The translations under genes were made by a program, and so were the position numbers. A DNA stretch of 64,000 nucleotides from Candidatus Woesebacteria bacterium. GTDB lineage: Bacteria; Patescibacteriota; Microgenomatia; UBA1400; UBA12028. The stretch is from contig JBDTWD010000004.1 of the NCBI GenBank assembly GCA_040006915.1, positions 65,033 through 129,032 of the forward strand. The letters run 5' to 3'. A model generated the notes under the pieces. It made no database searches, was not told where the DNA came from, and saw only the letters and a program-made list of their open reading frames with translations. Positions within the stretch are counted from its first letter, which is position 1. Every line of letters begins with the position of its first letter. Positions 31,935 through 42,567 of this stretch are shown piece by piece.

Positions 31935-33431
31935 ATGTGGCCCTTTAAACAGTATGTCCAGCGTCATCCGGTTCGTTCGCAGCGCTTCTTAGAGATTCTC
32001 CCGGGATTTGTTTCGTGGTCTCTTATTCTCTTTCCGATCTGGGGATCACTCATCATCCCTGAGATTGTTGCGTACTATATTATTGGATTTTCTGTGTATT
32101 GGTTGTTTCGCTCTGTCTCAGTCGCTCTCCTTGCAATTATCGCCTACTACAAAATTCGAGCCAGCATGCGTTTTGACTGGATGAAAGATCTAGAGAAATT
32201 TCCAACTTGGAATACGATTCATCACATCATCGTGGTTCCGACCTACAAAGAGCCGTTACACACATTAGAACGAACGTTAGACGAACTCTGCAAGCAAACG
32301 TTTCCTTTAAAAAATTTGCACATCATGTTGTCTTTTGAAGACCGTGAAGGTGATCCAGCCAGGGAAAAAGCAGAGCATTTATTGAAAACCTACGGAGATA
32401 AATTTGGAGATCTTTGGGCTACCTATCACCCTGACATTCACGGTGAAGTCAAAGGCAAATCGTCAAACACTGCTTGGGGTGCCAAACTTGCCAAAAAGAA
32501 ATTAATCGATGAAAATGGATTTTTAATCAAGGACTGCACAATTACCAGTGAAGATGCTGACGCCCTCTTCCACCCATCCTACTTTGCTGCTTTAACATTT
32601 GAATTTTTAAAAAACTCCAAACGATACAATCGTATTTGGCAGGGGAGTATTCGTTTCTATAATAATATCTGGAAAGTTCCTGCTCCCGTGCGCGTGCTTG
32701 CTTCAGTATTCTCTGTGAATCAAATGTTTATTTTGATGCGACAAGACCGCTTAGTGAATTTTTCTACCTATTCAACGTCACTCTTACTTGCTGATGAAAT
32801 CGGATACTGGGATGTTGATGTGATCCCTGAGGACTATCGTTTCTTCTTTAAAGCGTATTTCCTCAAAAAAGGTGACCTTGAAGTCGAACCAATCTTCCTT
32901 CCCATTCTAGCCGACGCAGCGGAAAGTGTTGGCTTCTGGGCAACCATGGTCAATCAATACGAACAAATCAAGCGTTGGGCTTGGGGTGTCAGCGATGATG
33001 CCTATATCATCAAACAGTGGGCAACCGCTGAAGGGATACCGTTTTGGGACAAAACCATCCGTATGTTAAAAACAGTAGAAGATCATTTCTTGTGGCCGGT
33101 AAACTGGTTTGCAATCACGATTGGTGCCCTGCTTCCCCCACTCTTAAACCACAATTTTAACCGTTTGATTATTGGTAAAAACTTGCCACAAGTAAGTTCT
33201 GCCTTGATGACTGTCTCTTTACTTTCTTTATTCGTCATTTTTGTCATAGATGCGCTGTCCCGACCAGCCAGGCCTAAAGATGTGTCAATCTTGCGTCGTA
33301 TCTTACAACCATTTGAATTTTTAATGTTACCGATTCTAGGATTTTTCTTTTCGGCTCTTCCAGGTTTGGATGCCCATACCCGCTTGATGCTGGGCAAATA
33401 CTTAGAGTATCGTGTAACAGAGAAAGTATGA
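31935..33431 (+). CDS. Membrane GT2 glycosyltransferase (processive-type motifs)
   Basis: VPTYKEP, KGKSSN, EDAD, IPED, QIKRW (QxxRW); N- and C-terminal TMs. Confidence 0.8.
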   Translation: MWPFKQYVQRHPVRSQRFLEILPGFVSWSLILFPIWGSLIIPEIVAYYIIGFSVYWLFRSVSVALLAIIAYYKIRASMRFDWMKDLEKFPTWNTIHHIIVVPTYKEPLHTLERTLDELCKQTFPLKNLHIMLSFEDREGDPAREKAEHLLKTYGDKFGDLWATYHPDIHGEVKGKSSNTAWGAKLAKKKLIDENGFLIKDCTITSEDADALFHPSYFAALTFEFLKNSKRYNRIWQGSIRFYNNIWKVPAPVRVLASVFSVNQMFILMRQDRLVNFSTYSTSLLLADEIGYWDVDVIPEDYRFFFKAYFLKKGDLEVEPIFLPILADAAESVGFWATMVNQYEQIKRWAWGVSDDAYIIKQWATAEGIPFWDKTIRMLKTVEDHFLWPVNWFAITIGALLPPLLNHNFNRLIIGKNLPQVSSALMTVSLLSLFVIFVIDALSRPARPKDVSILRRILQPFEFLMLPILGFFFSALPGLDAHTRLMLGKYLEYRVTEKV

Positions 33432-34960
33432 AAAAAATTGTCGCTTTTCTGCTGCGTCATGAATACCTCGTCTGGGCTTTGTGCCTGTGTGCTCTCTTAC
33501 GACTCCCTAGTCTCTTGGAGCCTTATTGGTATGGAGACGAAGGAATTTATTTGACTTTAGGAAATGGAGTCAGGCACGGGCTACAACTCTATCGTGATAT
33601 CCACGACAACAAACCTCCGATTATTTATTTGATGGCAGCACTGAGCGGCACGGTATTTTGGTTCCGGTTTTTTCTCTTGGTATGGAATAGCGTTGCGATT
33701 GTCGCTTTTGAGCGTTTAGCCCATCGCTTACTTGATCGAAATAAAGTCGCTGGAACTACCAAGTTTATCGGTCTTTCGTTTCCAAAAGTGCAGTATTCGA
33801 CTATAGCCACTTTCCTGTTTGCCATTCTTCCCTTCTTTGCAGAAGGCAGTATTGCCAATGGTGAGATTTTCATGATTATGCCGGTGATTGTTGGTGTATA
33901 TCTTTTATGGAGAAATTCGAAAAATTCACTTTCCGTAATTCTTGCAGGCTTCAGCTTTTCTCTGGCATTTCTTATTAAAGTCCCTGCATTGTTTGATGCG
34001 TTCAGTGTGGGATTTTTCTTCTTTTTGTTATTTGAAGGAAAATCAGTATTTGCTTCTTTAAAATCGCGCTTACCCTACCTTTTTGCTTTTGCATTCCTCG
34101 CTCCAATTTTGATTTCGTTTCTCTATTACGCTTCCATCGGAGCAGGTAAACAATATGTAGCGGCAGCTTTTGCCCAAAACGTTGGATATCTGTCTTCATG
34201 GGCGACAGGGACACATGCGTCTACCAATGTTGGATCGTCAGGATTAAAGAACCGCGCCATTGTTTTAGCAGTTACGACAGTCATTTTGGTATTGTTAAAG
34301 AATAAAAACGGTAAACGCTTAACCTTTCTTTTACTTTGGTTTGCTTTTGCCCTATTTGGAGCACTCCTCTCGGAGAGACCGTATCCTCACTACTTGATTC
34401 AAATCATTCCACCAGTGAGTTTGCTGCTTGTCTTTTTCTATCGCACATTCAAAGACCGCAAAATATTTCGATTGATGCCCATTTTCGTCGGCTTTATTGT
34501 CTTATTTGTTAGTCTCTGGACGATTAAGTTTTGGTATTATCCGCAAATTCCGTATTACGTAAATTACATTCAATTTGTCACTAAAGCCAAAAGTATGGAT
34601 GATTATTTCTCCTACTTTGACCCCAGACTTCCAACCATGTATAGACTCGCTTCATACCTAGAAGCCCATACGACTCCAGATGAACCAATCTTCGTATGGG
34701 GTGATGTTCCCATGCTCTATGCATTAACCAAGCGTTTACCTCCAGGTAAATATACCAGTAGTTATCACATCAAAGATTTTAATGGATTTGATGAGACGAC
34801 ACAGGCACTTGAAACGAAAAAACCGAAATATGTTATCATCGACACGTCTTATGAAGCGCCCTATGAAGGATTGCATACATTCTTAGAGCATGACTACATC
34901 CCCACCTATAGCTTTACCCCATTTGCAGTCTATAGACGTACCGCTACTCCAACCCAATAG
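33428..34960 (+). CDS. GT39/ArnT-like glycosyltransferase
   Basis: WYGDEGIY, LYRDIHDNKPP, ANGE, YPHY. Confidence 0.75.
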   Translation: MKKIVAFLLRHEYLVWALCLCALLRLPSLLEPYWYGDEGIYLTLGNGVRHGLQLYRDIHDNKPPIIYLMAALSGTVFWFRFFLLVWNSVAIVAFERLAHRLLDRNKVAGTTKFIGLSFPKVQYSTIATFLFAILPFFAEGSIANGEIFMIMPVIVGVYLLWRNSKNSLSVILAGFSFSLAFLIKVPALFDAFSVGFFFFLLFEGKSVFASLKSRLPYLFAFAFLAPILISFLYYASIGAGKQYVAAAFAQNVGYLSSWATGTHASTNVGSSGLKNRAIVLAVTTVILVLLKNKNGKRLTFLLLWFAFALFGALLSERPYPHYLIQIIPPVSLLLVFFYRTFKDRKIFRLMPIFVGFIVLFVSLWTIKFWYYPQIPYYVNYIQFVTKAKSMDDYFSYFDPRLPTMYRLASYLEAHTTPDEPIFVWGDVPMLYALTKRLPPGKYTSSYHIKDFNGFDETTQALETKKPKYVIIDTSYEAPYEGLHTFLEHDYIPTYSFTPFAVYRRTATPTQ

Positions 34961-34970
34961 ACAACGTTCT

Positions 34971-35291
34971 ATGAAACTACATGCTTATTCTTTTTTCTTT
35001 ATCGCCGCAGCGGCTGGCAGTGTCATTTTCGCTACTCTCCTCTTTTTCTTTGCCCCACCTCAAATTCCTTTATGGTATTCACTCTCAATAGTGGAACAGC
35101 AACTTGATGCAAAAATTCTGGTTTTCATTTTCCCTACACTTATCACAATTATTGCTCTTATCCACTCGTTCTTTATGCGTAAAGTACGCACTCTTGATTT
35201 GTATTTGCACTCATTGTTCTTTTACGCGACATTTGTGCCGATCGTTATTTTATATATTGCGCTTATTCGTATAGCTATGGTCGTTCTATGA
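34971..35291 (+). CDS. Small membrane protein
   Basis: Three hydrophobic segments, PPQIPLWYS motif; start ATG 34971. Confidence 0.6.
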   Translation: MKLHAYSFFFIAAAAGSVIFATLLFFFAPPQIPLWYSLSIVEQQLDAKILVFIFPTLITIIALIHSFFMRKVRTLDLYLHSLFFYATFVPIVILYIALIRIAMVVL

Positions 35292-36328
35292 CTCCTTTGC
35301 TCACCATTGCCATTCCCCTTATTCTTTCTTTGGTATTAGGAAAAATAGTTATCGCTTTCTATACTAAAAAAGGGTGGTTAGACGATCCAAAAAAAGTGAA
35401 TCATCCAAAAATCGTGCATACAACTCCACTTCCGCGAGGCGGAGGATTAGTCGTCGGGATTGCGATTGCGATCGCCATTCTTTTTCTCATTCCCTTTTCA
35501 CTTAAAATCGCGGGAATTATACTCGGCTCTTTGCTATTAATTGCCATCGGTGTTTGGGATGATATTGCCAATCCACATCCACTGATCCGATTGTTCTTTC
35601 AATTAACCGCCAGTTTGTTGGTGGTATTTTCTGGAGTGACCATTTCGTATGTCACAAACCCATTGGGAGGAATTCTTTCCTTTCAAGCCATCCCGGTGAT
35701 CGGTATGATCATTGCAAGTTTGTGGATTGTTTGGTGTATGAATATTGTCAACTTTTCAACTGGTCTTGATGGACAAATGCCTGGATATGTAGCTATTGCC
35801 GCGTTAACAATTGCACTTTTATCCACTCGATTTTTCCCCGATCCGGAACAATTTACCGTATTTCATCTTGCCTTAATTGTGATGGGAGCGTATTTAGGCT
35901 TTTTATACTGGAACATGTATCCCCAGAAAATGATGGCCGGCTTTGGCGCCAGTACCTTAGCAGGATTTTTTCTTGCGGTGTTATCGATTTTATCGGGAGC
36001 CAAATTGGCAACCGCTATTTTAGTCCTAGCTATCCCGATGAGTGATGCTGGATATGTTATTTTTAGAAGGCTATTACAGAAAAAATCTCCGTTTTGGGGA
36101 GATAGGACACATCTCCATCATGCTCTCTTAGATACGGGTCTGTCCAAGCGAATGGTTGCACTTATTTACTGGCTCACTGCATTGTTTTTAGGATTATTAG
36201 CTCTCAATCTCTCAAGTGGGCAAAAAACATTTGCGATTTTGCTTATCATTGCAGTTGTGTGTATGATTGGCACATGGCTACGTATGGGTTTCACCTCCTT
36301 CGTGAAGTCCGGCCCAGACAGTGGATAA
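35288..36328 (+). CDS. WecA/TagO-like polyprenyl-phosphate HexNAc-1-phosphate transferase (MraY superfamily)
   Basis: PRGGG, IGVWDD, NIVNF..GLDG, SPFWGDRTHLHH. Confidence 0.87.
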   Translation: MTPLLTIAIPLILSLVLGKIVIAFYTKKGWLDDPKKVNHPKIVHTTPLPRGGGLVVGIAIAIAILFLIPFSLKIAGIILGSLLLIAIGVWDDIANPHPLIRLFFQLTASLLVVFSGVTISYVTNPLGGILSFQAIPVIGMIIASLWIVWCMNIVNFSTGLDGQMPGYVAIAALTIALLSTRFFPDPEQFTVFHLALIVMGAYLGFLYWNMYPQKMMAGFGASTLAGFFLAVLSILSGAKLATAILVLAIPMSDAGYVIFRRLLQKKSPFWGDRTHLHHALLDTGLSKRMVALIYWLTALFLGLLALNLSSGQKTFAILLIIAVVCMIGTWLRMGFTSFVKSGPDSG

Positions 36329-37215
36329 AGAATTTGTCCCTCTATGCCGCGCTGGTTTTTTCTGGCTTCTTTTTTGAACCTGGATACTTTGGATATGTCA
36401 CGATTGGTGTTGGAATTTTCTGTTTATTGTCTTCTGCTGTCTATTTGATCAATGACATCATTGATGCACCAATGGATCGGTTGCACCCGTTTAAAAAGAA
36501 ACGCCCTATAGCCTCTGGTGCATTGCCGGTTGCTCATGCGTGGGCAGCAGCAGTTGCGCTTCTAATTGTTGCCATGATTGGCGCATTCTTTATCTCCACG
36601 TTCTTCTTCTTTTTGTCGATTGCATATGTGCTCTTACATCTTCTGTATACCTATAAACTCAAGCAAACTCCAATCGTTGATGTCATGATGATTGCTGCCG
36701 GGTTCTTAATTCGCATCTATGCCGGTGCGGTGATTGTGAATCTTCATACCAGTGTGTGGTTTTTACTCACGGTCCTATCTGCCTCTCTATTTTTGGCAGT
36801 CGGTAAGCGGCAAAGTGAACGAACGCTGTTACGGGGATACGGTGAAGATTTATCCAAACATCGTGAAACACTTTCACATTACACTCAGCGATTGTTGGAT
36901 GTCTATGTGGGTATGTTCGCTAACGCAACTTGGCTCACCTATGCACTGTATACCTTCCAACGGAGCGAGTTTAAGCCTGAGGGTGTCCTGTTTGTGAGTA
37001 TTTTTGCCAAACTCCCCCGTACGTTTACTGCTGAGAAATGGTTGATGATCACCATCCCCTTGGTTATTTTTGGAGTGATGCGCTATTTGCAGTTAGTGTA
37101 TGAAAGCAACCAAGGAGAAAGTCCAGAACGGGTACTGCTTCGGGACAAACCACTGCTAGTGACTGCCTTTATTTGGGGACTGTTAGTAATGGTCTTAATT
37201 TACGGAATTGGGTAG
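36274..37215 (+). CDS. UbiA family prenyltransferase, polyprenyl-phosphate phosphoribosyltransferase-like
   Basis: RPRQWIKN, YLINDIIDA..DRLHP.KKKRPIASG, LAVGKR.SE, GESPE..L.D. Confidence 0.82.
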   Translation: MATYGFHLLREVRPRQWIKNLSLYAALVFSGFFFEPGYFGYVTIGVGIFCLLSSAVYLINDIIDAPMDRLHPFKKKRPIASGALPVAHAWAAAVALLIVAMIGAFFISTFFFFLSIAYVLLHLLYTYKLKQTPIVDVMMIAAGFLIRIYAGAVIVNLHTSVWFLLTVLSASLFLAVGKRQSERTLLRGYGEDLSKHRETLSHYTQRLLDVYVGMFANATWLTYALYTFQRSEFKPEGVLFVSIFAKLPRTFTAEKWLMITIPLVIFGVMRYLQLVYESNQGESPERVLLRDKPLLVTAFIWGLLVMVLIYGIG

Positions 37216-37253
37216 AAACTTTTTTTCCTTCCTGCCTGATATACTATCCTTCT

Positions 37254-38144
37254 ATGGATACCATCCTAAAACCCACTCAGACTTCCGAACATTTTCCCGG
37301 TTTTGTCGAAATCTACTCGGATACGTTCAATGATGCTGTAACTCTTATCAAACGATATCCCCTTCCCTTGCTGCTACTCATTGTCATTGACTTTGGTACT
37401 TCAGTCTTTCAACCGGTTACAAAAGGAACCTATGCTGCAACAGCCGTATCAGCCATCATTCTCGTTATCAGTTATATTGTGAATCTCTGTTTTATCTATC
37501 TTTACAAGCACAGACATCATTCGGTCGATATCGGATCTTCAATGACAGCCGTGTCTGATGTGCTGTTGTCATTCATATTTGCAAGCCTTATACAAATTGT
37601 CGTTATAACTATTGGGGTTGCGTTCTTTTTAATCCCCGGAATCGTAGCGGCTTTATCTTTATTTGTTACAGGATTTGTCGTGATGTATGAAAACATGGGA
37701 CCGCTGAACGCGCTTGGGAGGAGCATAATTCTAATGGATGGATATAGAATGCGCGTATTCAGGTATATTCTTCCTTTTTTTATCCTTGTTCTATTTTCTA
37801 GTTTTTTATTGCAATTCTTTGGAGCGAGAATCGGTCTCACTGCCATAGAACTGCAGTGGCTGAAAGCAATCTTGTACTCTCCGGCTGGACTCTTGTCTAC
37901 CTGTTTTGTCGGAAATGTGTATGAGCCACTCTCGCGAAAAAAAGTTGCATTCATCGCCGCAAAAGCAAAAGTGTCACGATTGATTCGATTTAGTCTCATC
38001 GTTTTAGCAGGAATCGTTTTGATAGTCGTCTATTTTGCATGGGTATTCGGTGGAAACGGACCAAGTTGGTCATCCGTATTTAATCGCAGATCACAAACTC
38101 AGCAATTTCAAGCGACGCCACCAAAGATCCGTTTGAAAAAATAA
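37254..38144 (+). CDS. Multi-TM hypothetical protein
   Basis: Hydrophobic segments; LIPGI and ALGRS..LM.G motif; start ATG 37254. Confidence 0.65.
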   Translation: MDTILKPTQTSEHFPGFVEIYSDTFNDAVTLIKRYPLPLLLLIVIDFGTSVFQPVTKGTYAATAVSAIILVISYIVNLCFIYLYKHRHHSVDIGSSMTAVSDVLLSFIFASLIQIVVITIGVAFFLIPGIVAALSLFVTGFVVMYENMGPLNALGRSIILMDGYRMRVFRYILPFFILVLFSSFLLQFFGARIGLTAIELQWLKAILYSPAGLLSTCFVGNVYEPLSRKKVAFIAAKAKVSRLIRFSLIVLAGIVLIVVYFAWVFGGNGPSWSSVFNRRSQTQQFQATPPKIRLKK

Positions 38145-38154
38145 ACTCACGTAC

Positions 38155-38871
38155 TCATTTTCCCAACTCTTTGGTACGTGCGAGTTCAATCGCTTCGTGC
38201 AAACTCTCGAAGGTGCCAGTATCAAGCCACTTCCCTTCAACAAAGGCAACATCCAACTTCCCTTCTTGCAGATATACATTATTTAAGTCGGTAATTTCTA
38301 ATTCTCCTCGTGGTGAGGGTTGGAGTGCTTTGGCTTTGGAGATAACGGTATTGTCGTAGATATACAAACCAGTCACTGCAAAATCTGAAACCGGCTCTTT
38401 TGGCTTTTCGACGATTGATGTTGCCTTGTTGTTTGCATCAAAGGCTACCACACCAAAACGAGCTGGGTCGGGTACTTTTTTTGCAAATACTCGTGCTCCT
38501 GATTGAAAGGTAGTAATGGGAGTAGAAAAATCGTCTTCAAAGAGGTTGTCGCCAAGAATTAAGGTGACGTTATCATCGCCGATGAATTTTTCTCCAATGA
38601 GGAACGCTTGGGCCAATCCTTCTGGTTTCTCTTGTACTTCGTAGGAAAATCTGCAGCCGAATTCTTTTCCACTTCCAAGGAGTTTTAAGAAGTCTCCCGC
38701 GTGATCGGGAGCAATGATGATGAGGATTTCTGTTATACCCGCTGAGCGCAAAGTCTCTAATGGATAATAAATCATCGGTTTGTTATAAATCGGGAGCAGT
38801 TGTTTGCTGGTCACTTTGGTGAGTGGATACAATCGTGTTCCAGCACCACCAGCGAGAATAATTCCCTTCAT
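38155..38871 (-). CDS. rmlA: Glucose-1-phosphate thymidylyltransferase (short form)
   Basis: [43 protein letters not shown]. Confidence 0.9.
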   Translation of the reverse strand: MKGIILAGGAGTRLYPLTKVTSKQLLPIYNKPMIYYPLETLRSAGITEILIIIAPDHAGDFLKLLGSGKEFGCRFSYEVQEKPEGLAQAFLIGEKFIGDDNVTLILGDNLFEDDFSTPITTFQSGARVFAKKVPDPARFGVVAFDANNKATSIVEKPKEPVSDFAVTGLYIYDNTVISKAKALQPSPRGELEITDLNNVYLQEGKLDVAFVEGKWLDTGTFESLHEAIELARTKELGK

Positions 38872-38896
38872 AACAAACTCCTTTGTCTTTTTGTAG

Positions 38897-39157
38897 CTAC
38901 AGGGTGGAAGCCAAGATAATGAGCATAAACGCTCCTAAACCTCCAACCGCGATGTATTCTAACACGAGTCGAGTGGTCTTCACTTCGCCTGCATGACTCC
39001 ATACTCCCCAAATAACATAACTTATCCAAGCCAGCACAGCCAGAAAGACACGCACATTTAGCATTGGAGTAAAGAGAAAAGCCGAGAGGAAGACACTCTC
39101 AACAAACAAGAGGACTCCATATTGATAGGGACGAAATCGAAGTTCGCGGGCAATCAT
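38897..39157 (-). CDS. Small membrane protein
   Basis: Three TMs; YVIWG..H...VLEY motif; coupled to CAP gene. Confidence 0.6.
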   Translation of the reverse strand: MIARELRFRPYQYGVLLFVESVFLSAFLFTPMLNVRVFLAVLAWISYVIWGVWSHAGEVKTTRLVLEYIAVGGLGAFMLIILASTL

Positions 39158-40098
39158 AATGCGACTCCTGCTTTTACCAATAGAATAATGATCAAAATGC
39201 CACTAAAGAATAAAACGTGTCCTAAGCTTCGACTACTTACTCGAACAATTCCTTTGTGTTCAACGACCCACATATCAACCAGTAATACTCCTAAGACCAG
39301 AACGATGACTGCGATAAAGAAGACTTTCTGCATTTGCAGGGGAGTAAAGAAAGACAGAGAAGTTCTCTCTGAGATCGGGGTCGGCAATACCAAGGTGGGG
39401 TTCACGTTTTCAAGCGTCTGCGGAGCTGATTCTTGACCAGCAACTTGCGGCGTTCCTGCCTGAGCGGGAATCGGCGTTTCTTGCACGATTGTGGCTCCTG
39501 ACGTGGTTTTTCCAGCGACTTGATTGGCCAATTGAGTCCCAAACATTTGCACCACTAACGCTGTATCAGAACCTAAAAGAGAACAGTTGACCACCGCGAC
39601 TCCAATTTCCCTAAACTTCCCATTCATGATATTCGCTTTGTGCGTTGGTGAGGCAATCCAGGCATCCATCATGCTGCCAGTGTCAGAAAAATCGCGCGCT
39701 AAGTTTTCCCCAGCTACCGAATACTTATATCCGGCGCCCTTCATAAAAACCCAGGGAGTAAGTCCAGCCGGGGAAATATGTGCCCAATATTGATTGGTAC
39801 ACATGTCATTTCCTTTCGCAATTGCGGCTTGCGACAACTGGGAATTTGAGGTCAATGCAGAGAGGCCTTCTGCCTGCCTGCGTCCATTCGTCTGCGTAAT
39901 GACTTGATCTATAGTGACTGTTGAAGCAAAACCCAATACAGCCGGGATGGGACCGACACCTACAGAAAGCGTTTTCACTCCCACCTGCCAGAGTGCAACC
40001 AAAACGAACAGCAACGCAATTCCCTCAACATGCAAAAGTTTGGGTTTATGGTTATTTGATTTCTGCAAGAAAAATAAATGTCGTACCGTTTTAATCAT
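39154..40098 (-). CDS. CAP (SCP/PR-1) domain membrane protein
   Basis: TN..R, YWAH.SP, AGENLA, WIASPTHKANI, EIGVAV, VVQMFG. Confidence 0.88.
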   Translation of the reverse strand: MIKTVRHLFFLQKSNNHKPKLLHVEGIALLFVLVALWQVGVKTLSVGVGPIPAVLGFASTVTIDQVITQTNGRRQAEGLSALTSNSQLSQAAIAKGNDMCTNQYWAHISPAGLTPWVFMKGAGYKYSVAGENLARDFSDTGSMMDAWIASPTHKANIMNGKFREIGVAVVNCSLLGSDTALVVQMFGTQLANQVAGKTTSGATIVQETPIPAQAGTPQVAGQESAPQTLENVNPTLVLPTPISERTSLSFFTPLQMQKVFFIAVIVLVLGVLLVDMWVVEHKGIVRVSSRSLGHVLFFSGILIIILLVKAGVAL

Positions 40099-40184
40099 AC
40101 TAAATATCTACACTACTGCTTTCTAGTATGCAATGGATTGCCCCCTCGATGCAACGAGTAACGAGATGGTACAATATAGTTCTT

Positions 40185-40997
40185 ATGAACACACCGACTT
40201 TTCTGCATGTTATTACTGATTACGGTATCAACGATCCGGCTTTCGGAGAAGTAATCCAGAGACTCCATGCTGACTCCACTGATGTAGCCCCTCTTATTTA
40301 TCCAACCAGTGTCGATTTTTCTGACACTGTGGCAGGCGGTTTTTGGATCTATCAGTACGGAATGGGCAGACAAGAAACCCAACGGATGGTGATTTACAGC
40401 AATGTCGCTCCACGCAAAGTACAACGGGCTGCGATGAAGAATAATAGTGGTGAAGGACTAAAATACGGAAAACTGACCAATGGGGTGGAAATTGTCGCGG
40501 TTAACTCTGAGCATATTTTTTCGTTTGTAAAACCATACCTTCAGGATTTCAAAGAAATCGACGTCAGTAACCAAGGGACCCAGTTCCGTTCGCGAGATAA
40601 CTATCCAAAGATCGTGAATGAAATTCTCCATAATGATCACCACAGTTTGACTGAAAACTTACCGTTAAGTCTTATTCCTGACGTTCCAACCAACCGCATT
40701 GCCTGGATTGACGGGTATGGCAATATCAAAACCACGATCCGCAGAAGCCAGGTAAAGCTGGAAGCAGGCCAACAAGTCAAAATTGAAATTAACGGAGTCA
40801 TTTGGACCGGATACATGTCAGAGGGTACCTTCGGGGTTCATCATGGTCAGTTAGCATTTTCCCCAGGAAGTAGTGGATACGAAGATCCATTCATGGAGAT
40901 CTTCTTAAGACGCCATATCGTCCGCGATGTTTCAGCCCGTGACGTCTTCAATTTCCCCAAGTGTGGAGATGAAATAAAAATCACCATCGAGGAGTAA
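40185..40997 (+). CDS. SAM hydroxide adenosyltransferase (DUF62)-like protein
   Basis: ITDYG..D, QFRSRD, IDGYGNIKT; start ATG 40185. Confidence 0.65.
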   Translation: MNTPTFLHVITDYGINDPAFGEVIQRLHADSTDVAPLIYPTSVDFSDTVAGGFWIYQYGMGRQETQRMVIYSNVAPRKVQRAAMKNNSGEGLKYGKLTNGVEIVAVNSEHIFSFVKPYLQDFKEIDVSNQGTQFRSRDNYPKIVNEILHNDHHSLTENLPLSLIPDVPTNRIAWIDGYGNIKTTIRRSQVKLEAGQQVKIEINGVIWTGYMSEGTFGVHHGQLAFSPGSSGYEDPFMEIFLRRHIVRDVSARDVFNFPKCGDEIKITIEE

Positions 40998-41003
40998 GAC
41001 TCC

Positions 41004-42068
41004 ATGGATCTCTCTACCGCTTTAGTTTCTCATTCCCACGAAATGGATCAAACAATTGCTGATTTCTTGGATCTGCAAGAAAAAGAGGCAAAGAAGATCG
41101 ATCGCTACATTGATCAGTCGATGCTGCTTCTGAAGACCTTTAGTTTACGTGGAGGAAAATCCATTCGTTCATTTTTGTGTAGAATTGCCTACGATCTGGC
41201 AAAAGGGAAAAAGAACCCCGGATTAGCTAAAGCTCTAGCGAGCATTGAATTGCACCATAAACACATCCTCATTTTGGATGATATTTCAGACCGAGATGAA
41301 TCACGCTATGGTGGACCAACTTTAGAGTATGCATACAGAGAAGTAATGTCAGGACTTCCGGATGAAAAGTATAAAGCCATGTCGTTTGCCATGCTGGATG
41401 GAGTTCTCTTAGGATCTCTGGCAAAGGAACTCCTCATTTCATCAGGATTTTCAGCCAAGATTCTCATTGAGTGTATCCACCTCTTTGACACGATCATGTA
41501 TCGAGATGTGCTGGCCGGTTGGCAAATTCACGGAATGCAGTGTACCCAAACGCTCTCAAAGGCCACCCAAGAAGAGTTCATCAAAGGATTACGATTGGTT
41601 ACGGCTAGCTATACCTTTGAAGGCCCCTTACTCATGGGATTAACTCTGGCAGAAAGTAAAGACACCAAGCTCGAAACAGCTCTACGTCTCTATGCAGCTA
41701 ATGTGGGCACGGCCTTTCAAATGCACGATGACATCCTCGGATTATTTGGCGATAGCAAGAAAACTGGAAAACCAGTGGGAAATGATGTACGGGAAGGTAA
41801 AAAAACGCTTCTGTTGCAAGTAGCGTTTGAGCGTGGCAGTACGCAAGAGAGAGAAATGCTTGAGCAAGCCTGTGGGAAAGCAATTAGTGCAGATACACTC
41901 AAAGCAGTTCAAAAGATCGTCCAAGATACAGGGTCTTTAGAGTACTCCAAACAATTAGAGAAAGAGTACGTGGAGAAAGGGATTCAAGCGTTACAGGATC
42001 TCCCCAAGAGCCCTCAAAAGCAAATGCTCATTGAGCTGGCTGCTTACATCATTTCAAGAGAAAAATAG
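41004..42068 (+). CDS. Polyprenyl diphosphate synthase
   Basis: GGKSIR, DDISDRDESRYG, AFQMHDDILG, TGKP.G.D.REGKKT. Confidence 0.9.
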   Translation: MDLSTALVSHSHEMDQTIADFLDLQEKEAKKIDRYIDQSMLLLKTFSLRGGKSIRSFLCRIAYDLAKGKKNPGLAKALASIELHHKHILILDDISDRDESRYGGPTLEYAYREVMSGLPDEKYKAMSFAMLDGVLLGSLAKELLISSGFSAKILIECIHLFDTIMYRDVLAGWQIHGMQCTQTLSKATQEEFIKGLRLVTASYTFEGPLLMGLTLAESKDTKLETALRLYAANVGTAFQMHDDILGLFGDSKKTGKPVGNDVREGKKTLLLQVAFERGSTQEREMLEQACGKAISADTLKAVQKIVQDTGSLEYSKQLEKEYVEKGIQALQDLPKSPQKQMLIELAAYIISREK

Positions 42069-42212
42069 TTATTTCTCCATTTTTTCGAACAACGAGAATT
42101 GAAATCGTAAAATAATGCCAAATATATGTAGCGACAGAAAGTAAACGCTACTATCTTCTTTAGATAAAGATCTAAACAGCGATTCTCTGTATATCTAACT
42201 TCCAATCCAAGA

Positions 42213-42512
42213 TCACGATAATGCGAACCCAATAAATAAAAACAGTGCGAGGCAACAAAGAGAGAGAAGAATTTTACTTGTAAAGGATTCAGATTTATCA
42301 ACAATGGAAATGACAACATATGATGTTGGCAAAAACAGGGACCCAGTGATAATAAGCAATACTATGGGGTCCATTTTTCTATTAATGAGCAGTTGAGAAA
42401 AGAAAGGTACAGTATTTACTACCAATAATTCGATGTAAAAGAGAATCCATGAAATTATTGTCGTAAAAATAACGATTGCTAATTGTTTTGGGATATTTAC
42501 TGATTTTTTCAT
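42213..42512 (-). CDS. AT-rich membrane protein, candidate immunity gene, possibly truncated
   Basis: Three hydrophobic segments; directly downstream of the putative toxin gene. Confidence 0.5.
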   Translation of the reverse strand: MKKSVNIPKQLAIVIFTTIISWILFYIELLVVNTVPFFSQLLINRKMDPIVLLIITGSLFLPTSYVVISIVDKSESFTSKILLSLCCLALFLFIGFALS

Positions 42513-42534
42513 AGTAATTAAGATATTTTATCAT

Positions 42535-42566
42535 TTAGGGGTGCCAGATTATACTGGCACCCCTAA
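42535..42566. repeat. Perfect 13-bp inverted repeat (hairpin)
   Basis: TTAGGGGTGCCAG-attata-CTGGCACCCCTAA. Confidence 0.85.
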
Positions 42567-42567
42567 G

